Assembly: GCA_003210155.1 (NCBI GenBank)
Contig: QCNC01000005.1
Span: 2,017-66,016 of the forward strand
Source: Prochlorococcus sp. AG-424-E18
Lineage (GTDB): Bacteria > Cyanobacteriota > Cyanobacteriia > PCC-6307 > Cyanobiaceae
Length of the DNA stretch: 64,000 bases
Direction: 5' to 3'
The notes under the pieces are model-generated. The model searched no databases. It saw only the letters and a list, made by a program, of their open reading frames with translations, and was not told the origin of the DNA. Positions within the stretch are counted from its first letter, which is position 1. Every line of letters starts with the position of its first letter. This document shows, in pieces, positions 22,030-32,162 of the stretch. Both the position numbers and the translations under genes were made by a program.

Positions 22030-22188
22030 ATGAGACTCACCACTCCATTTACTGCCCTTAGAAATGCAACTTCAGATGTTTGGAGAATGCATGATTTTAA
22101 TTATCAACTACCAAAAGATCAAAGACAAGATTATTGGGAAAAAGAATGCATAGACCACCCAACAAGTTCTCATTGCAAAGTTTACTAA
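22030..22188 (+). CDS. 52-aa protein with CP12-like C-terminal motif (not in ORF track)
   Basis: AGGAGG SD just upstream; MRLTTPFTALRNATSDVWRMHDFNYQLPKDQRQDYWEKECIDHPTSSHCKVY*; followed by a terminator. Confidence 0.75.
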   Translation: MRLTTPFTALRNATSDVWRMHDFNYQLPKDQRQDYWEKECIDHPTSSHCKVY

Positions 22189-22212
22189 AGGTAATGTAAA
22201 TTCAAGATGTTT

Positions 22213-22240
22213 AAAAGACCCTTTTAAGGGTCTTTCTTCT
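22213..22240 (+). terminator. Rho-independent terminator
   Basis: AAAGACCCTT-TT-AAGGGTCTTT followed by CTTCT. Confidence 0.75.
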
Positions 22241-22279
22241 AAGTTAGTTGATATTCTTTTAGTATAAAACTATAGAAAT

Positions 22280-22882
22280 ATGGCTATTAATAATTCAATA
22301 TCGAAATATGATTGGCAATATCTTCTAACTGGATTTTTTTTAATTTCAGTTTTTATTTTTACAGATTTAATTGGAGTTATTGATAAGGAATATTTTTACT
22401 TTGTACCAAGATTAATTAGTGATCAACCTTATAGGATTTTTACATCAATTCTAACTCATGCCGATTTGAATCATTTATTAAGTAATCTCGGCGGAATAAT
22501 CATCACTAGATATTTTTTGATGAGACTTGGAATTAAAAGCAGATTTTTTTATGTGAAATTTATTTTAATTTGTTCTTTTTTAAATTTTTTTATTATCTGG
22601 GTTTACGAAAAAATCTTATCCTATTTTAATATCTATCCTAATTATGCCGCTTTAGGATTTAGTGGAATAATTTTTGCTTTATTTGGATTTTTACTATTAA
22701 CTTCTTTTCATGGAAAGAAATATTTTTTAGGTAAAGAAATTGGTTTTAAGTCCAATTATGAAGTTCACAAAATGTCAAAGACAATATGCCTGATAGGTTT
22801 AATTTTCTCTTTTTTGCCGGGTGTAAGTTTATTAGGGCATTTAAGTGGATTTATTGCAGGATGTTTTTTATTCTTAATCTAA
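22280..22882 (+). CDS. rhomboid family intramembrane protease
   Basis: YRIFTSILTHADLNHLLSN, GFSG catalytic Ser, GHLSG catalytic His. Confidence 0.9.
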   Translation: MAINNSISKYDWQYLLTGFFLISVFIFTDLIGVIDKEYFYFVPRLISDQPYRIFTSILTHADLNHLLSNLGGIIITRYFLMRLGIKSRFFYVKFILICSFLNFFIIWVYEKILSYFNIYPNYAALGFSGIIFALFGFLLLTSFHGKKYFLGKEIGFKSNYEVHKMSKTICLIGLIFSFLPGVSLLGHLSGFIAGCFLFLI

Positions 22883-22944
22883 TTAATTTTAATTATTTGA
22901 TCAAATTAATATAGTTATTTTTCCAGATATTCAACTTTTTTCTT

Positions 22945-23049
22945 TTACTCTTTACTTTTAAATTGATCAATTTTGATATCAAAAGTAACTACTATTCCAA
23001 TACTTATAAGCAGTAGTCCAATAGTAATTTGCGGTGAAGGTAATACCAT
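22945..23049 (-). CDS. putative 34-aa single-TM peptide
   Basis: MVLPSPQITIGLLLISIGIVVTFDIKIDQFKSKE*. Confidence 0.4.
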   Translation of the reverse strand: MVLPSPQITIGLLLISIGIVVTFDIKIDQFKSKE

Positions 23050-23140
23050 ATGGGTCTTATTTACAGATACCCTATCGAATCTTTCCCCTCAACGATGAAA
23101 GATTGACTAATATTAACTCTGAAAAAGTATCACTTTAAAA

Positions 23141-23338
23141 ATGGCAAAAGTAGAAAATGATCTTGATATATATTATGCAGTTGGAAATGCAAATACTCAA
23201 AGACAAGAAAAAGAAATTGCAGCAATTATAAAAAAACGTAATTCTGCAGGATGGAATTTGATCTCAACAAGTACCGCAATAGTAGATACTAAAAACCAGT
23301 TTTCAAATCTTTATATGTTTTGGGAAAAGGATTTATAG
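23141..23338 (+). CDS. hypothetical protein
   Basis: 65-aa ORF; GWNLIS...YMFWEK pattern. Confidence 0.65.
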   Translation: MAKVENDLDIYYAVGNANTQRQEKEIAAIIKKRNSAGWNLISTSTAIVDTKNQFSNLYMFWEKDL

Positions 23339-23546
23339 TTTATATTTTTGATCCTTTATATATTTCCCCAGCAAGTTGTACAAATTAGAAACACTTTCCA
23401 CCTTAATCTCTGATAAGTAAACACCCTTTCCTCTGAATTAGGGTGTTTTTCTTTATGTCCAGAAATGGAAAACTGACACATGTGACATTTAAGTAAAATT
23501 CCATTAAGCACTTCCACGAAAAAGAATTTATTGGCATAATCTGTAC

Positions 23547-23640
23547 ATTTGTGAAGGAGAGGTTTTACTGAAACAGTGGAAACAAGGAAACACTTGATTT
23601 AGAAAAACCTTAAAAGACCCCATTAAGGGGTCTTTTTTTA
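23547..23640 (+). ncRNA. yfr2: Yfr2-family (Cyano-1) small RNA
   Basis: GTGAAGGAG 5' end, GGTTTTACTGAAACAGTGGAAACAAGGAAACACTTGATTTAGAAAAACC stem with duplicated GGAAACA, terminator AAAAGACCCC/GGGGTCTTTT, upstream -10 CATAAT. Confidence 0.88.
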
Positions 23641-23825
23641 TGCTAATTTATTGCTTCTATTTATTTCCTTGTATCATTCCAAGTATTCGCTATAAAAAAA
23701 ATTTGATAGTGGATAAAATGAATTGTTTTCTAAAAATTTCATGTTTGGTTATATAATTTCTCCAGCAGGAAAAGATTTTATTTGTCCTCTAAGTTTTTGA
23801 TAATCATTATTAATGTTCATCTAAT

Positions 23826-24374
23826 ATGAATAAAATAAATCTAAACTTTAATTCAGTAATTTTAAAAATATTTTTTACCTATTTAGGGATATATTTTTTT
23901 GCTCTAATATTCAAGTATACATATGATCTTGAGTCCTTATTAAATAATATTCAATACAAATATTTGATTGCTTTAAATATAGTTTCTATATTTTTTGGCC
24001 TCCCTTTGTCAATTATTTTTGACTTTATATTATTGAAGATTTTTGGGTTGAATTATGTTTTATTATTTTCTCCTGCTTTAACCATTTTAAGTGTAATTCA
24101 AGTTCTTATTCTTAGGAAAATTAAATTTAAATTTTCTAGAAATATATTATTTTTAAAAAAACCAGAAAAAAATAATCTTTATAAATTTTTTGAAAATATT
24201 ACTTTTAGATCTTTTTATATTTTAATCATTAGATCTTTCCCAATCCTACCTCATCTTTTGGGTAGCTATATTATTGCTTCTTCAAAAATTAAAAAAAATA
24301 TTATTTTTACATATACATTTTTAGGTTCAGTTTTTTATTATATTTTTTTATACTTAATAATTTCTAATGTCTAG
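23826..24374 (+). CDS. membrane protein, VTT/DedA (SNARE-associated)-like
   Basis: Multi-TM; IRSFPILP motif resembles DedA RxxPxxP. Confidence 0.6.
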   Translation: MNKINLNFNSVILKIFFTYLGIYFFALIFKYTYDLESLLNNIQYKYLIALNIVSIFFGLPLSIIFDFILLKIFGLNYVLLFSPALTILSVIQVLILRKIKFKFSRNILFLKKPEKNNLYKFFENITFRSFYILIIRSFPILPHLLGSYIIASSKIKKNIIFTYTFLGSVFYYIFLYLIISNV

Positions 24375-24585
24375 TTAAACTTATTTTGAAACCTTGTAAA
24401 CTTAAAAATTTAATTTGAGTTTTAATCCTCTTAATTTGCAGATAAATTTAGAATAATATATAGAACTATTAAAAATATTTTTTTTCTACTAGCGAAATTA
24501 TTTTCTCGGAAACTTTGGAATTGATTAATTTTGTTTCAATTGCTTATAATTAAAAAATTACTTTGAAAATATAAGAAATTTTTAT

Positions 24586-26409
24586 ATGAGGTTAGTTTTT
24601 TACATATTTTTGATGAGTCAATTATTAAACTTTATTGAAGTATTTGCAGAAAAAGTAAGAGAAGATTCGTCGGGATTAAATTCGATTAATTGGGAAAAGA
24701 TAGAGGTAAATAATTCTAAACCATTTAAAAAGATTATCTGGAGATCCTATAAGAATGATGAATCTTATTTTGGAAATAAAAAACAACAAAGTTCAATAAT
24801 AGAAAGAACTAAATTACCAAAAGAAGAAAGAATTTCTAAAGCCTCAAAAAAATCAGCTTCTTCTCCTCCTGAAATTGAATCTTATTTGCCTCTCAATAAT
24901 TTTCTTGAAAAAGGTAATTTTCAAACCTCAGTGAGATGGAAATCATCTTTTGAAGGAGGAGCTTCTGGAGGTACTGGGCAACAAATTCCCTCATTTATTT
25001 TTGACTATGGGATTTCAGATTCTTCCCTAATGTCCATTTATTTTTCTGAGGCTGATGATAAGTTATACAATCCAATTAATGGTCAAAAAGTAGATTATCA
25101 TTGGCAAAACTATGCTTTTTCATTTAAGAAAAAATTATTAAATAATGATGAAAATAGCTTTGTAATATCAATAGTTCCAACCCTTGAGTATTGGAGGCAT
25201 GCTAGTGGGTCTAAGGATTCTAAAAGTATTTATAATCAGAAAGATAGTCAATATGGTAGAGATAGATTTGATAATTTGATTGGATCTTTATCTTTGCCTA
25301 TAGCAAAAAAAATAAATGAAAAATTTACAGCTTTAATTGTTCCTGGTGTTACATTCTTGCCTGAGAAACTAGGTTCAAAAGGGATTGGAAAAAATGCTTA
25401 TGGGAATAATTTCTATATTGGAAGTGGTATTGTCTTAGATATGGCTAAAGATGTTAATTTTCTTGCCACATATACATCTCCTTTAGGTCCAGGTAATAAT
25501 TTTTTCGACAAAGATTTAAACTACTTCAGAAAGCCTATTTATAGTATTGGTTTGGGATGGGATGTTAATTCTAAGATTGGTATTGAAGGAAAAATAACAA
25601 ATTCATTTGGGGCTACCCCCTCGACTGGATTGCTTACTATCCCATCAGATAATCAGCCTCTCTACTCCGCTAATATAACTTATAAGCCTCACGGAGAGGA
25701 TACCTATCTTACTTCTCTAAATGAAAGAGATAGATTGATTAGCATAGGTGGGATTACAGTAAATAATGCCTTAATCCCGAAAGTTGGGACTTCACAAATA
25801 AATTTTAATTATGATAATAAGGGAAATCTGTTTGGTTCTTATGGTTACTCTTTATCAAATATATTCAAATTAGAGCTTCTCAATATTGGAAGTTTTAATG
25901 AAGTAAATTTAAGCAGGGACAAAAATTCAAATTTATATTCAACTTATTTAGATGACAGTAATCTTAATTTCCGTTTGGGAGGTAAATTATTAATATTTAG
26001 TCCTCAAAAAAATGATCTTTATTGGATGTCTTTAAGATCATCAGTTGGAAGAAATAGTGATAACAATCAAGGTTATCTTTTCTCTGAATTAATAAATACT
26101 ATTAGAGTAAACAATTGGTTAACATTTAACATTAGTCCAAAATATTTCTTTAGCGGGGTTGAAAGTTTTGGGGGGATAGGCTTCTCAAGTTATATAAATT
26201 TATTAGATAATTTAATGTTTATCCCAGAAATAAATACTTCAATTAAAAATGATACGGATCTAAATTCTACTTTTGCATTGAGATATTCTTTCTCGCCAGA
26301 AAAGTCATTAGATTTATATTATTCTAATGCTGTAGGAGTGCAAGATATAGGACAACTTCTTAAGGATAGAGAATATAGATTGGGAATTAAGTTTAATTTT
26401 TTACTATAG
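24586..26409 (+). CDS. putative outer-membrane beta-barrel protein
   Basis: Signal peptide, many amphipathic beta-strand patterns, C-terminus YRLGIKFNFLL. Confidence 0.6.
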   Translation: MRLVFYIFLMSQLLNFIEVFAEKVREDSSGLNSINWEKIEVNNSKPFKKIIWRSYKNDESYFGNKKQQSSIIERTKLPKEERISKASKKSASSPPEIESYLPLNNFLEKGNFQTSVRWKSSFEGGASGGTGQQIPSFIFDYGISDSSLMSIYFSEADDKLYNPINGQKVDYHWQNYAFSFKKKLLNNDENSFVISIVPTLEYWRHASGSKDSKSIYNQKDSQYGRDRFDNLIGSLSLPIAKKINEKFTALIVPGVTFLPEKLGSKGIGKNAYGNNFYIGSGIVLDMAKDVNFLATYTSPLGPGNNFFDKDLNYFRKPIYSIGLGWDVNSKIGIEGKITNSFGATPSTGLLTIPSDNQPLYSANITYKPHGEDTYLTSLNERDRLISIGGITVNNALIPKVGTSQINFNYDNKGNLFGSYGYSLSNIFKLELLNIGSFNEVNLSRDKNSNLYSTYLDDSNLNFRLGGKLLIFSPQKNDLYWMSLRSSVGRNSDNNQGYLFSELINTIRVNNWLTFNISPKYFFSGVESFGGIGFSSYINLLDNLMFIPEINTSIKNDTDLNSTFALRYSFSPEKSLDLYYSNAVGVQDIGQLLKDREYRLGIKFNFLL

Positions 26410-26422
26410 AAAAATAGAAAAT

Positions 26423-26674
26423 TTAGTTTTCCCAAAAGGGATCTGTAGTTAAAGAAACCCTTAATGTACATTTTTTCTTATTTTTTATTTTGCTAATACA
26501 AGCCCTAACTGTTTCACCATTTACATCTATTTCACAGGCTCCACAACTTCCTGTAAGACAGCCAGTCGGAATTTTAAAACCCGCTTTTTCAGCAGAAGAG
26601 AACCAATTATCTCCTTCAGAAACAAATGTTTCATTATTATTTGCCCATATAATTTTTATGTTTCTTTCTTTCAA
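26423..26674 (-). CDS. 2Fe-2S ferredoxin-like protein
   Basis: GCLTGSCGAC...RAC motif. Confidence 0.9.
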   Translation of the reverse strand: MKERNIKIIWANNNETFVSEGDNWFSSAEKAGFKIPTGCLTGSCGACEIDVNGETVRACISKIKNKKKCTLRVSLTTDPFWEN

Positions 26675-28200
26675 CTTAAAAATGATTTGAGATTTAGATG
26701 TTTATTGAATTCATTCGCAAGCTTTTCAATAATAAATTCTCTTTTCTTTTTATAAGATATTGATTTTTGATTTAATTTTGGTAAATTTTTGCTCTTCCTT
26801 ATTAAATTAATATATTGATCTCTCCAGTTGTCATTTTCAAAGATCCCGTGAATGTATGTGCCTGCTATTATCCCACCATCATTACTTTCTTTATACCAAC
26901 CAAGATCTAAATCTTTAAAAATAGGTTTCATTTGTGTTTCGTTTTCAATATTGTCCAATTCAGTTTGACCATTATGAATTTCAAATCCATTAATTTTTGA
27001 TTGGCATGGCCATAAAGATTCAGAGTTTATTTGACGTGTTAATTTCTTTTTAAAGAAAATCGTTTTTAATGGTAGTAACCCAATCCCTTTGATTTTTTGT
27101 TCAGAATAATTTTTAGAGCCCTCTCTAAAAAAAGGATCTTCAAGAGTTGTGCCTAACATTTGTAATCCTCCACAAATCCCAATAATATTTCCCTTGTTAT
27201 TTGAATATTTTCTAATGTCTTGAGATAAACCTGAATTTTCAAGAAATATTTGATCTTTAATAGTTTGTTTACTGCCGGGCAGAATAATAAAGTCATACTT
27301 ACTTAGGTTTTGTGATTTTCTAATCCATTCAATTAATATTGTTTCTTCATTTTCTAGTGGATCAAAATCCGAGAAGTTACTAATTGATGGTAACTTTATA
27401 ATCCCAACTTTTATCTCGGGATTTGAGGAACGTGATTTTTTTTCTATTAAATCTAAAGAATCCTCTGGAGGAAATGAATCATTTAACCATGGAATAATTC
27501 CAATAATAGGGATTTGAGTTTTATTCTCTATCCATTTTTTCCCATCTTCGAATAATGAAAGGTCTCCTCTGAATCTATTTATAATAATTCCCTTAATAAG
27601 CTTCTTTTCTTCAGGCTTCATTAATTCAAGAGTACCAATTATTTGTGCAAATACGCCTCCCCTTTCAATATCAGTAACCAAAATGCAATTTGCACTTAAA
27701 TACTTAGCAACCTTTAAATTAGTCAGATCTCTATGAATCAAATTCATCTCTACCGGACTTCCAGCTCCTTCGATAATTAAACGGCAATTTGGGCTTTTTT
27801 TATAAATAGAACTTAGACTTTTCTTAATTACTTCCCAACCTGGAATAAACCAGTCTTGGTAGTAATTTTTGGCAGTTGTTATTCCAATACTTTTACCAAG
27901 GTGAATAACCTCACTTATTGAATTGCCTTGAGGTTTTAATAAAATAGGATTCATCTCTGCAGATGGATCAATACCACAAGCAAAAGCTTGAAGTGCTTGC
28001 GAATATGCCATCTCTCCACCTTCCCAGTCAACCCAAGCGTTGTTACTCATATTTTGTCCTTTAAAAGGTATTGGTTCTTCTCCTAAATTTTTAAGAATCC
28101 TGCAAATAGCAGTTACTGTTAACGATTTACCCGCTCCACTTGAAGTGCCAAAGACCATTATTGGTTTCTTTATTTCATTTAATTTTGCTTCTAACTCCAT
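26671..28200 (-). CDS. cobQ: cobyric acid synthase
   Basis: GTSSGAGKS, PFKGQNMSNNA, EGAGSPVEMNL, GICGGLQMLG, GTYIHG. Confidence 0.95.
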   Translation of the reverse strand: MELEAKLNEIKKPIMVFGTSSGAGKSLTVTAICRILKNLGEEPIPFKGQNMSNNAWVDWEGGEMAYSQALQAFACGIDPSAEMNPILLKPQGNSISEVIHLGKSIGITTAKNYYQDWFIPGWEVIKKSLSSIYKKSPNCRLIIEGAGSPVEMNLIHRDLTNLKVAKYLSANCILVTDIERGGVFAQIIGTLELMKPEEKKLIKGIIINRFRGDLSLFEDGKKWIENKTQIPIIGIIPWLNDSFPPEDSLDLIEKKSRSSNPEIKVGIIKLPSISNFSDFDPLENEETILIEWIRKSQNLSKYDFIILPGSKQTIKDQIFLENSGLSQDIRKYSNNKGNIIGICGGLQMLGTTLEDPFFREGSKNYSEQKIKGIGLLPLKTIFFKKKLTRQINSESLWPCQSKINGFEIHNGQTELDNIENETQMKPIFKDLDLGWYKESNDGGIIAGTYIHGIFENDNWRDQYINLIRKSKNLPKLNQKSISYKKKREFIIEKLANEFNKHLNLKSFLS

Positions 28201-28266
28201 TAGTAATTTAAATTAATTTTAAAATTTATTAACTAGTAAATTGATTTATAATTCAGAAAAAAATTT

Positions 28267-28878
28267 GTGTTAATTCTAGCCTCTGCTTCCCAATCTAGAA
28301 AGAAATTACTAGAAAATTGTCAAATCAAATTTATCCAAATATCAAGTGACTTTGATGAAACTACTATTCAAGAGAAGAATATATTTAATTTAGCTTTGGA
28401 ATTATCTTTTCAAAAGGCTAATAATATATCTGAAAATATTCAAAACATATCATTGCCCGAAGAATTTAATTATGGTCCTTTAGAAATACTTGGATGCGAT
28501 TCAATTTTTGAATTTAAAGGAGAAGCTTATGGAAAACCATCTAATAAAGAGGAGGCATTTATAAGATGGAAAAAAATGTCTGGAGAATTTGGATTTTTAC
28601 ATACTGGTCATACTCTAATAATTGGGAATTTTGATTCAATTTCCAAAAATTTTAAAATCGATGAAATAATAAAAAAAACAGTAATTTCAAAGGTTTATTT
28701 TTCTAATTTGGAAGATTGGGAGATCAAGAGTTATGTAGATACAAATGAACCTTTATATTGCGCCGGAGGATTTGCCTTAGAAGGTATAGGGGGTAAATAT
28801 ATAGAAAAAATAGAGGGTTGCTTCAGTAATGTAATGGGATTAAGTTTGCCATGGCTTAGAGAAAATTTATATAGATAA
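28267..28878 (+). CDS. maf: Maf-family nucleotide pyrophosphatase
   Basis: [25 protein letters not shown]. Confidence 0.93.
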   Translation: MLILASASQSRKKLLENCQIKFIQISSDFDETTIQEKNIFNLALELSFQKANNISENIQNISLPEEFNYGPLEILGCDSIFEFKGEAYGKPSNKEEAFIRWKKMSGEFGFLHTGHTLIIGNFDSISKNFKIDEIIKKTVISKVYFSNLEDWEIKSYVDTNEPLYCAGGFALEGIGGKYIEKIEGCFSNVMGLSLPWLRENLYR

Positions 28879-28890
28879 TAAAATTGATCA

Positions 28891-28925
28891 AAAAAAAACC
28901 CTATCCGAAGATAGGGCTTTTTTAA
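28891..28925 (-). terminator. bidirectional terminator between maf and psbC
   Basis: A-run, CCCTATC-CGAA-GATAGGG, T-run. Confidence 0.75.
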
Positions 28926-28937
28926 TTTAGATAGAAA

Positions 28938-30320
28938 TTAATCTAAATCAGGCATTTCTAGAGCTGGTTCACTCTTTCTGTCGATTCCTTTTTCGAAACC
29001 AGCAGCGGCAGCTCTAGCACGTCCAGCATGCCAAAGATGACCAATGAATGTAAACCATCCTAGGAAGAATTGAGCTGCAGCTAACCATTGTCTTAGGTTA
29101 ACGAAGTTAACAGCATTAGGCTCTGTAATGATTCCACCAACAGAGTTGATAGAAGCGTTTGGAGCATGAGTCATATATTCAGCTGCTCTTCTTACCTGCC
29201 AAGGCTGAATATCATTTTGGATTTTCTCAAGGCTCAATCCATTAGGTCCTCTTAAAGGCTCTAACCATGGTCCTCTGAAATCCCAAAATCTCATTGTTTC
29301 ACCACCAAATATAATTTCACCAGTAGGAGATCTCATGAGATACTTACCCAGACCTGTTGGTCCCATTGTTGAACCTACGTTAGCTCCAATTCTTTGATCT
29401 CTCACTAGGAAAGTAAAGCTTTGAGCCTGTGAAGCTTCAGCATTTGTTGGGCCATAAAACTCTGAAGGGTAAGCAGTGTTGTTAAACCAGATGAACGTTG
29501 AAGCAATAAAACTTGCTACACAAATTCCACCAAGAGCATAACTTAATAGTCCTTCACCATTCCAGATAAAAGCTCTTCTTGCCCATCCAAAAGGTTTGGT
29601 AAAGATATGGAATATTCCTCCAATGATTGCAGTAATACCCACGTAAACATGTCCACCAACAATATCTTCAATGGAGTTAACACCGATAATTGAACCAGCT
29701 CCTCCCCAAGGAGATCTGAATAGATAACCAAGGATAACTCTTGGATCTAAGGTTGGATTTACAAGTCTGACTTCACCACCACCAGGTGCCCATGTGTCAT
29801 ATGCGCCGCCAATAAAACACCAGTTTACTGACCATGCAAGTGCACCTACACCTAGAACAATCAAATGATATCCAAGGATATTTGTCATTTGATTTTTATC
29901 TCTCCAGTCGGTTGAGAAAAATGGAAAATCTTCTTCAAGTTTTTCTGGACCTGCTAAGGAATGGTAAATACCACCAAAACCAAGTACAGCAGAAGCTATC
30001 AAGTGAACCACGCCTGCTTGGAAGAAAGGCATGATATCAGTAACTTCACCACCTGGGCCTATTCCATAGCCAAACATTGCAACGTGTGGCATACAGATTA
30101 AACCTTGCTCCCACATTGGTTTATCAAAAGTAAAATGATTAACCTCAAAGAGCATCATTGCTCCCGCCCAAAAGACTATTAATCCAGAGTGAGCAATGTG
30201 AGCTCCTAATAAACGTCCAGATAAATTGATTAATCTAGCGTTACCTACATACCAGGCATAACCAGTTTCCTCAATACTTTGGTTTGGAGCTCTTAATAAA
30301 TTATTAAAGGGCGTTTCCAC
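28938..30320 (-). CDS. psbC: photosystem II CP43 (GTG start at 30320 overlapping psbD)
   Basis: [16 protein letters not shown]..., GETMRFWD; canonical GTG start within the psbD 3' end. Confidence 0.98.
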   Translation of the reverse strand: METPFNNLLRAPNQSIEETGYAWYVGNARLINLSGRLLGAHIAHSGLIVFWAGAMMLFEVNHFTFDKPMWEQGLICMPHVAMFGYGIGPGGEVTDIMPFFQAGVVHLIASAVLGFGGIYHSLAGPEKLEEDFPFFSTDWRDKNQMTNILGYHLIVLGVGALAWSVNWCFIGGAYDTWAPGGGEVRLVNPTLDPRVILGYLFRSPWGGAGSIIGVNSIEDIVGGHVYVGITAIIGGIFHIFTKPFGWARRAFIWNGEGLLSYALGGICVASFIASTFIWFNNTAYPSEFYGPTNAEASQAQSFTFLVRDQRIGANVGSTMGPTGLGKYLMRSPTGEIIFGGETMRFWDFRGPWLEPLRGPNGLSLEKIQNDIQPWQVRRAAEYMTHAPNASINSVGGIITEPNAVNFVNLRQWLAAAQFFLGWFTFIGHLWHAGRARAAAAGFEKGIDRKSEPALEMPDLD

Positions 30321-31380
30321 GTGGAAGAACCTCCTCAGGGAATACAAAGTTTTCGTGTGGTTGATCCACAGAAGACATCCATGCTCGCATACCTTCGTTC
30401 AAAAGTATATTTTTTGTATAGAAAGTTTCAAATTCTGGATCTTCTGCTGCACGGATTTCTTGGCTTACGAAATCATAAGCTCTTAGGTTTAGTGCTAAGC
30501 CGACAATACCAATTGAAGATGTCCACATACCCATAACAGGTACAAATAGCATCAAGAAATGTAAGAAACGCTTGTTTGAGAAAGCAATACCGAAGATTTG
30601 ACTCCAGAATCTATTCGCTGTAATCATCGAATAAGTTTCTTCTTCTTGAGTTGGGTCAAAAGCTCTAAATGTTGAACTTTGAACCTTACCATCTGTATAA
30701 ATACTTGTATCTTCATACAAAGTGTTTTGTACTGTAGCTCCATGGATAGCGCAAAGAAGAGCACCACCAAGAATTCCAGCAACACCCATCATGTGAAATG
30801 GATTTAAAGTAATATTGTGAAAACCTTGAATGAACAGAATGTAACGGAAGATTGCTGCAACACCGAATGAAGGTGCGAAGAACCAACTATGCTGTCCTAA
30901 AGGATAGATAAGGAAAATACTTGTAAATACTGCAATTACTGCTGAGAATGCTAAAGCGTTGTATGGTCTAATTCCAACAAGGCCAGCAATTTCAAACTGA
31001 CGAAGCATAAAACCTATTAGGCCAAATACTCCATGTAATGCAACGAAGTTCCAAAGACCACCAAGCTGTAGCCATCTTACGAAACTACCTTGGGCTTCAG
31101 GACCCCATAAAAATAGAAGACTGTGTCCCATGGCATCACCAGGGGTACTTACAGCTGCTGTTAAAAAGTTACAACCTTCAAGGTATGAGCTTGCAACTCC
31201 ATGTGTGTACCAAGAGGTAACAAATGTTGTTCCGACGAACCAACCACCTATAGCAAGATATGCACAAGGTAATAGAAGTAGTCCGGACCAACCAATAAAT
31301 ACAAAGCGGTCGCGCTTCAACCAATCATCGAGGATATCGAACCATCCTCTTTGTGGGGCGCTACCAACTGCGATCGTCAT
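30304..31380 (-). CDS. psbD: photosystem II D2
   Basis: MTIAVG...[11 protein letters not shown]...[12 protein letters not shown]. Confidence 0.99.
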   Translation of the reverse strand: MTIAVGSAPQRGWFDILDDWLKRDRFVFIGWSGLLLLPCAYLAIGGWFVGTTFVTSWYTHGVASSYLEGCNFLTAAVSTPGDAMGHSLLFLWGPEAQGSFVRWLQLGGLWNFVALHGVFGLIGFMLRQFEIAGLVGIRPYNALAFSAVIAVFTSIFLIYPLGQHSWFFAPSFGVAAIFRYILFIQGFHNITLNPFHMMGVAGILGGALLCAIHGATVQNTLYEDTSIYTDGKVQSSTFRAFDPTQEEETYSMITANRFWSQIFGIAFSNKRFLHFLMLFVPVMGMWTSSIGIVGLALNLRAYDFVSQEIRAAEDPEFETFYTKNILLNEGMRAWMSSVDQPHENFVFPEEVLPRGNAL

Positions 31381-31563
31381 GAGAAATCGTTTTTAGCTTC
31401 GGGATACGCAGTGACTGTAACAAAGATTGAGAGTAATGTGGGGAAATATTTGTATATCTGAAATGCCTTGTAAAGCTTTCCTGACTTTTTTATTAAAAAT
31501 TAGGTAAGAATACTCCTTTAGTTTGTTAAATTATCTGAATTAGGCTCTAAAAAAAAGATAAAA

Positions 31564-32121
31564 ATGAATTCAGACCTCACGTCATTCGATAAAATCGAAC
31601 AAAAAATCGGTGGATCAAGAAAAATTTCAAATTATATTATTGGAGGAATGTTGACTATAGGAGGTATAGGATTTCTTTTGGCCTCTATATCTAGCTACAC
31701 AGGAAGGGATTTATTACCTTTAGGAAATCCCTCAACTTTATTGTTTATCCCTCAAGGAATAATAATGGGAGCATACGGAGTAATAGCTAATTTATTAAAT
31801 TTTTACTTGTGGTATTTGGTTTACATAAACTTTGGTTCAGGAAGTAATTATTTTGATAAATCCTCAAAATCTGTAGAAATAAAAAGAAAGGGATTATTTA
31901 AAGATGTTGAAGTTAAATTAAATTTTGATGAAATTAAATCTGTTAAGTTGGATATTAGTGAAGGATTTAATCCTAGAAGAAGAATTGCCTTAGTATTAAA
32001 AGGTAGAAAAAAACCTCTCCCTTTAAGCGGAGCAGGTGAGCTAAAACCACTTCTTCAGGTTGAAGAAGAAGGAGCTCGTCTAGCTAAATTTTTAGATGTT
32101 AATTTGGAGGGCCTAAAATAA
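31564..32121 (+). CDS. ycf4: photosystem I assembly protein Ycf4
   Basis: GSRKISNY, FIPQGIIM, GFNPRRRI, LAKFLDV. Confidence 0.95.
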   Translation: MNSDLTSFDKIEQKIGGSRKISNYIIGGMLTIGGIGFLLASISSYTGRDLLPLGNPSTLLFIPQGIIMGAYGVIANLLNFYLWYLVYINFGSGSNYFDKSSKSVEIKRKGLFKDVEVKLNFDEIKSVKLDISEGFNPRRRIALVLKGRKKPLPLSGAGELKPLLQVEEEGARLAKFLDVNLEGLK

Positions 32122-32162
32122 AAAAAAAATATTTTTTAAAAACATTATTTTTTATACAGGTT

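Noticed and set aside
30321-30347. ORF-track N-terminal extension of psbC
   Set aside because: The established psbC start is the GTG at 30320; the extension lies inside psbD
30670-30715. Insertion in the D2 loop ([13 protein letters not shown])
   Set aside because: Recalled as a known Prochlorococcus D2 feature; not novel
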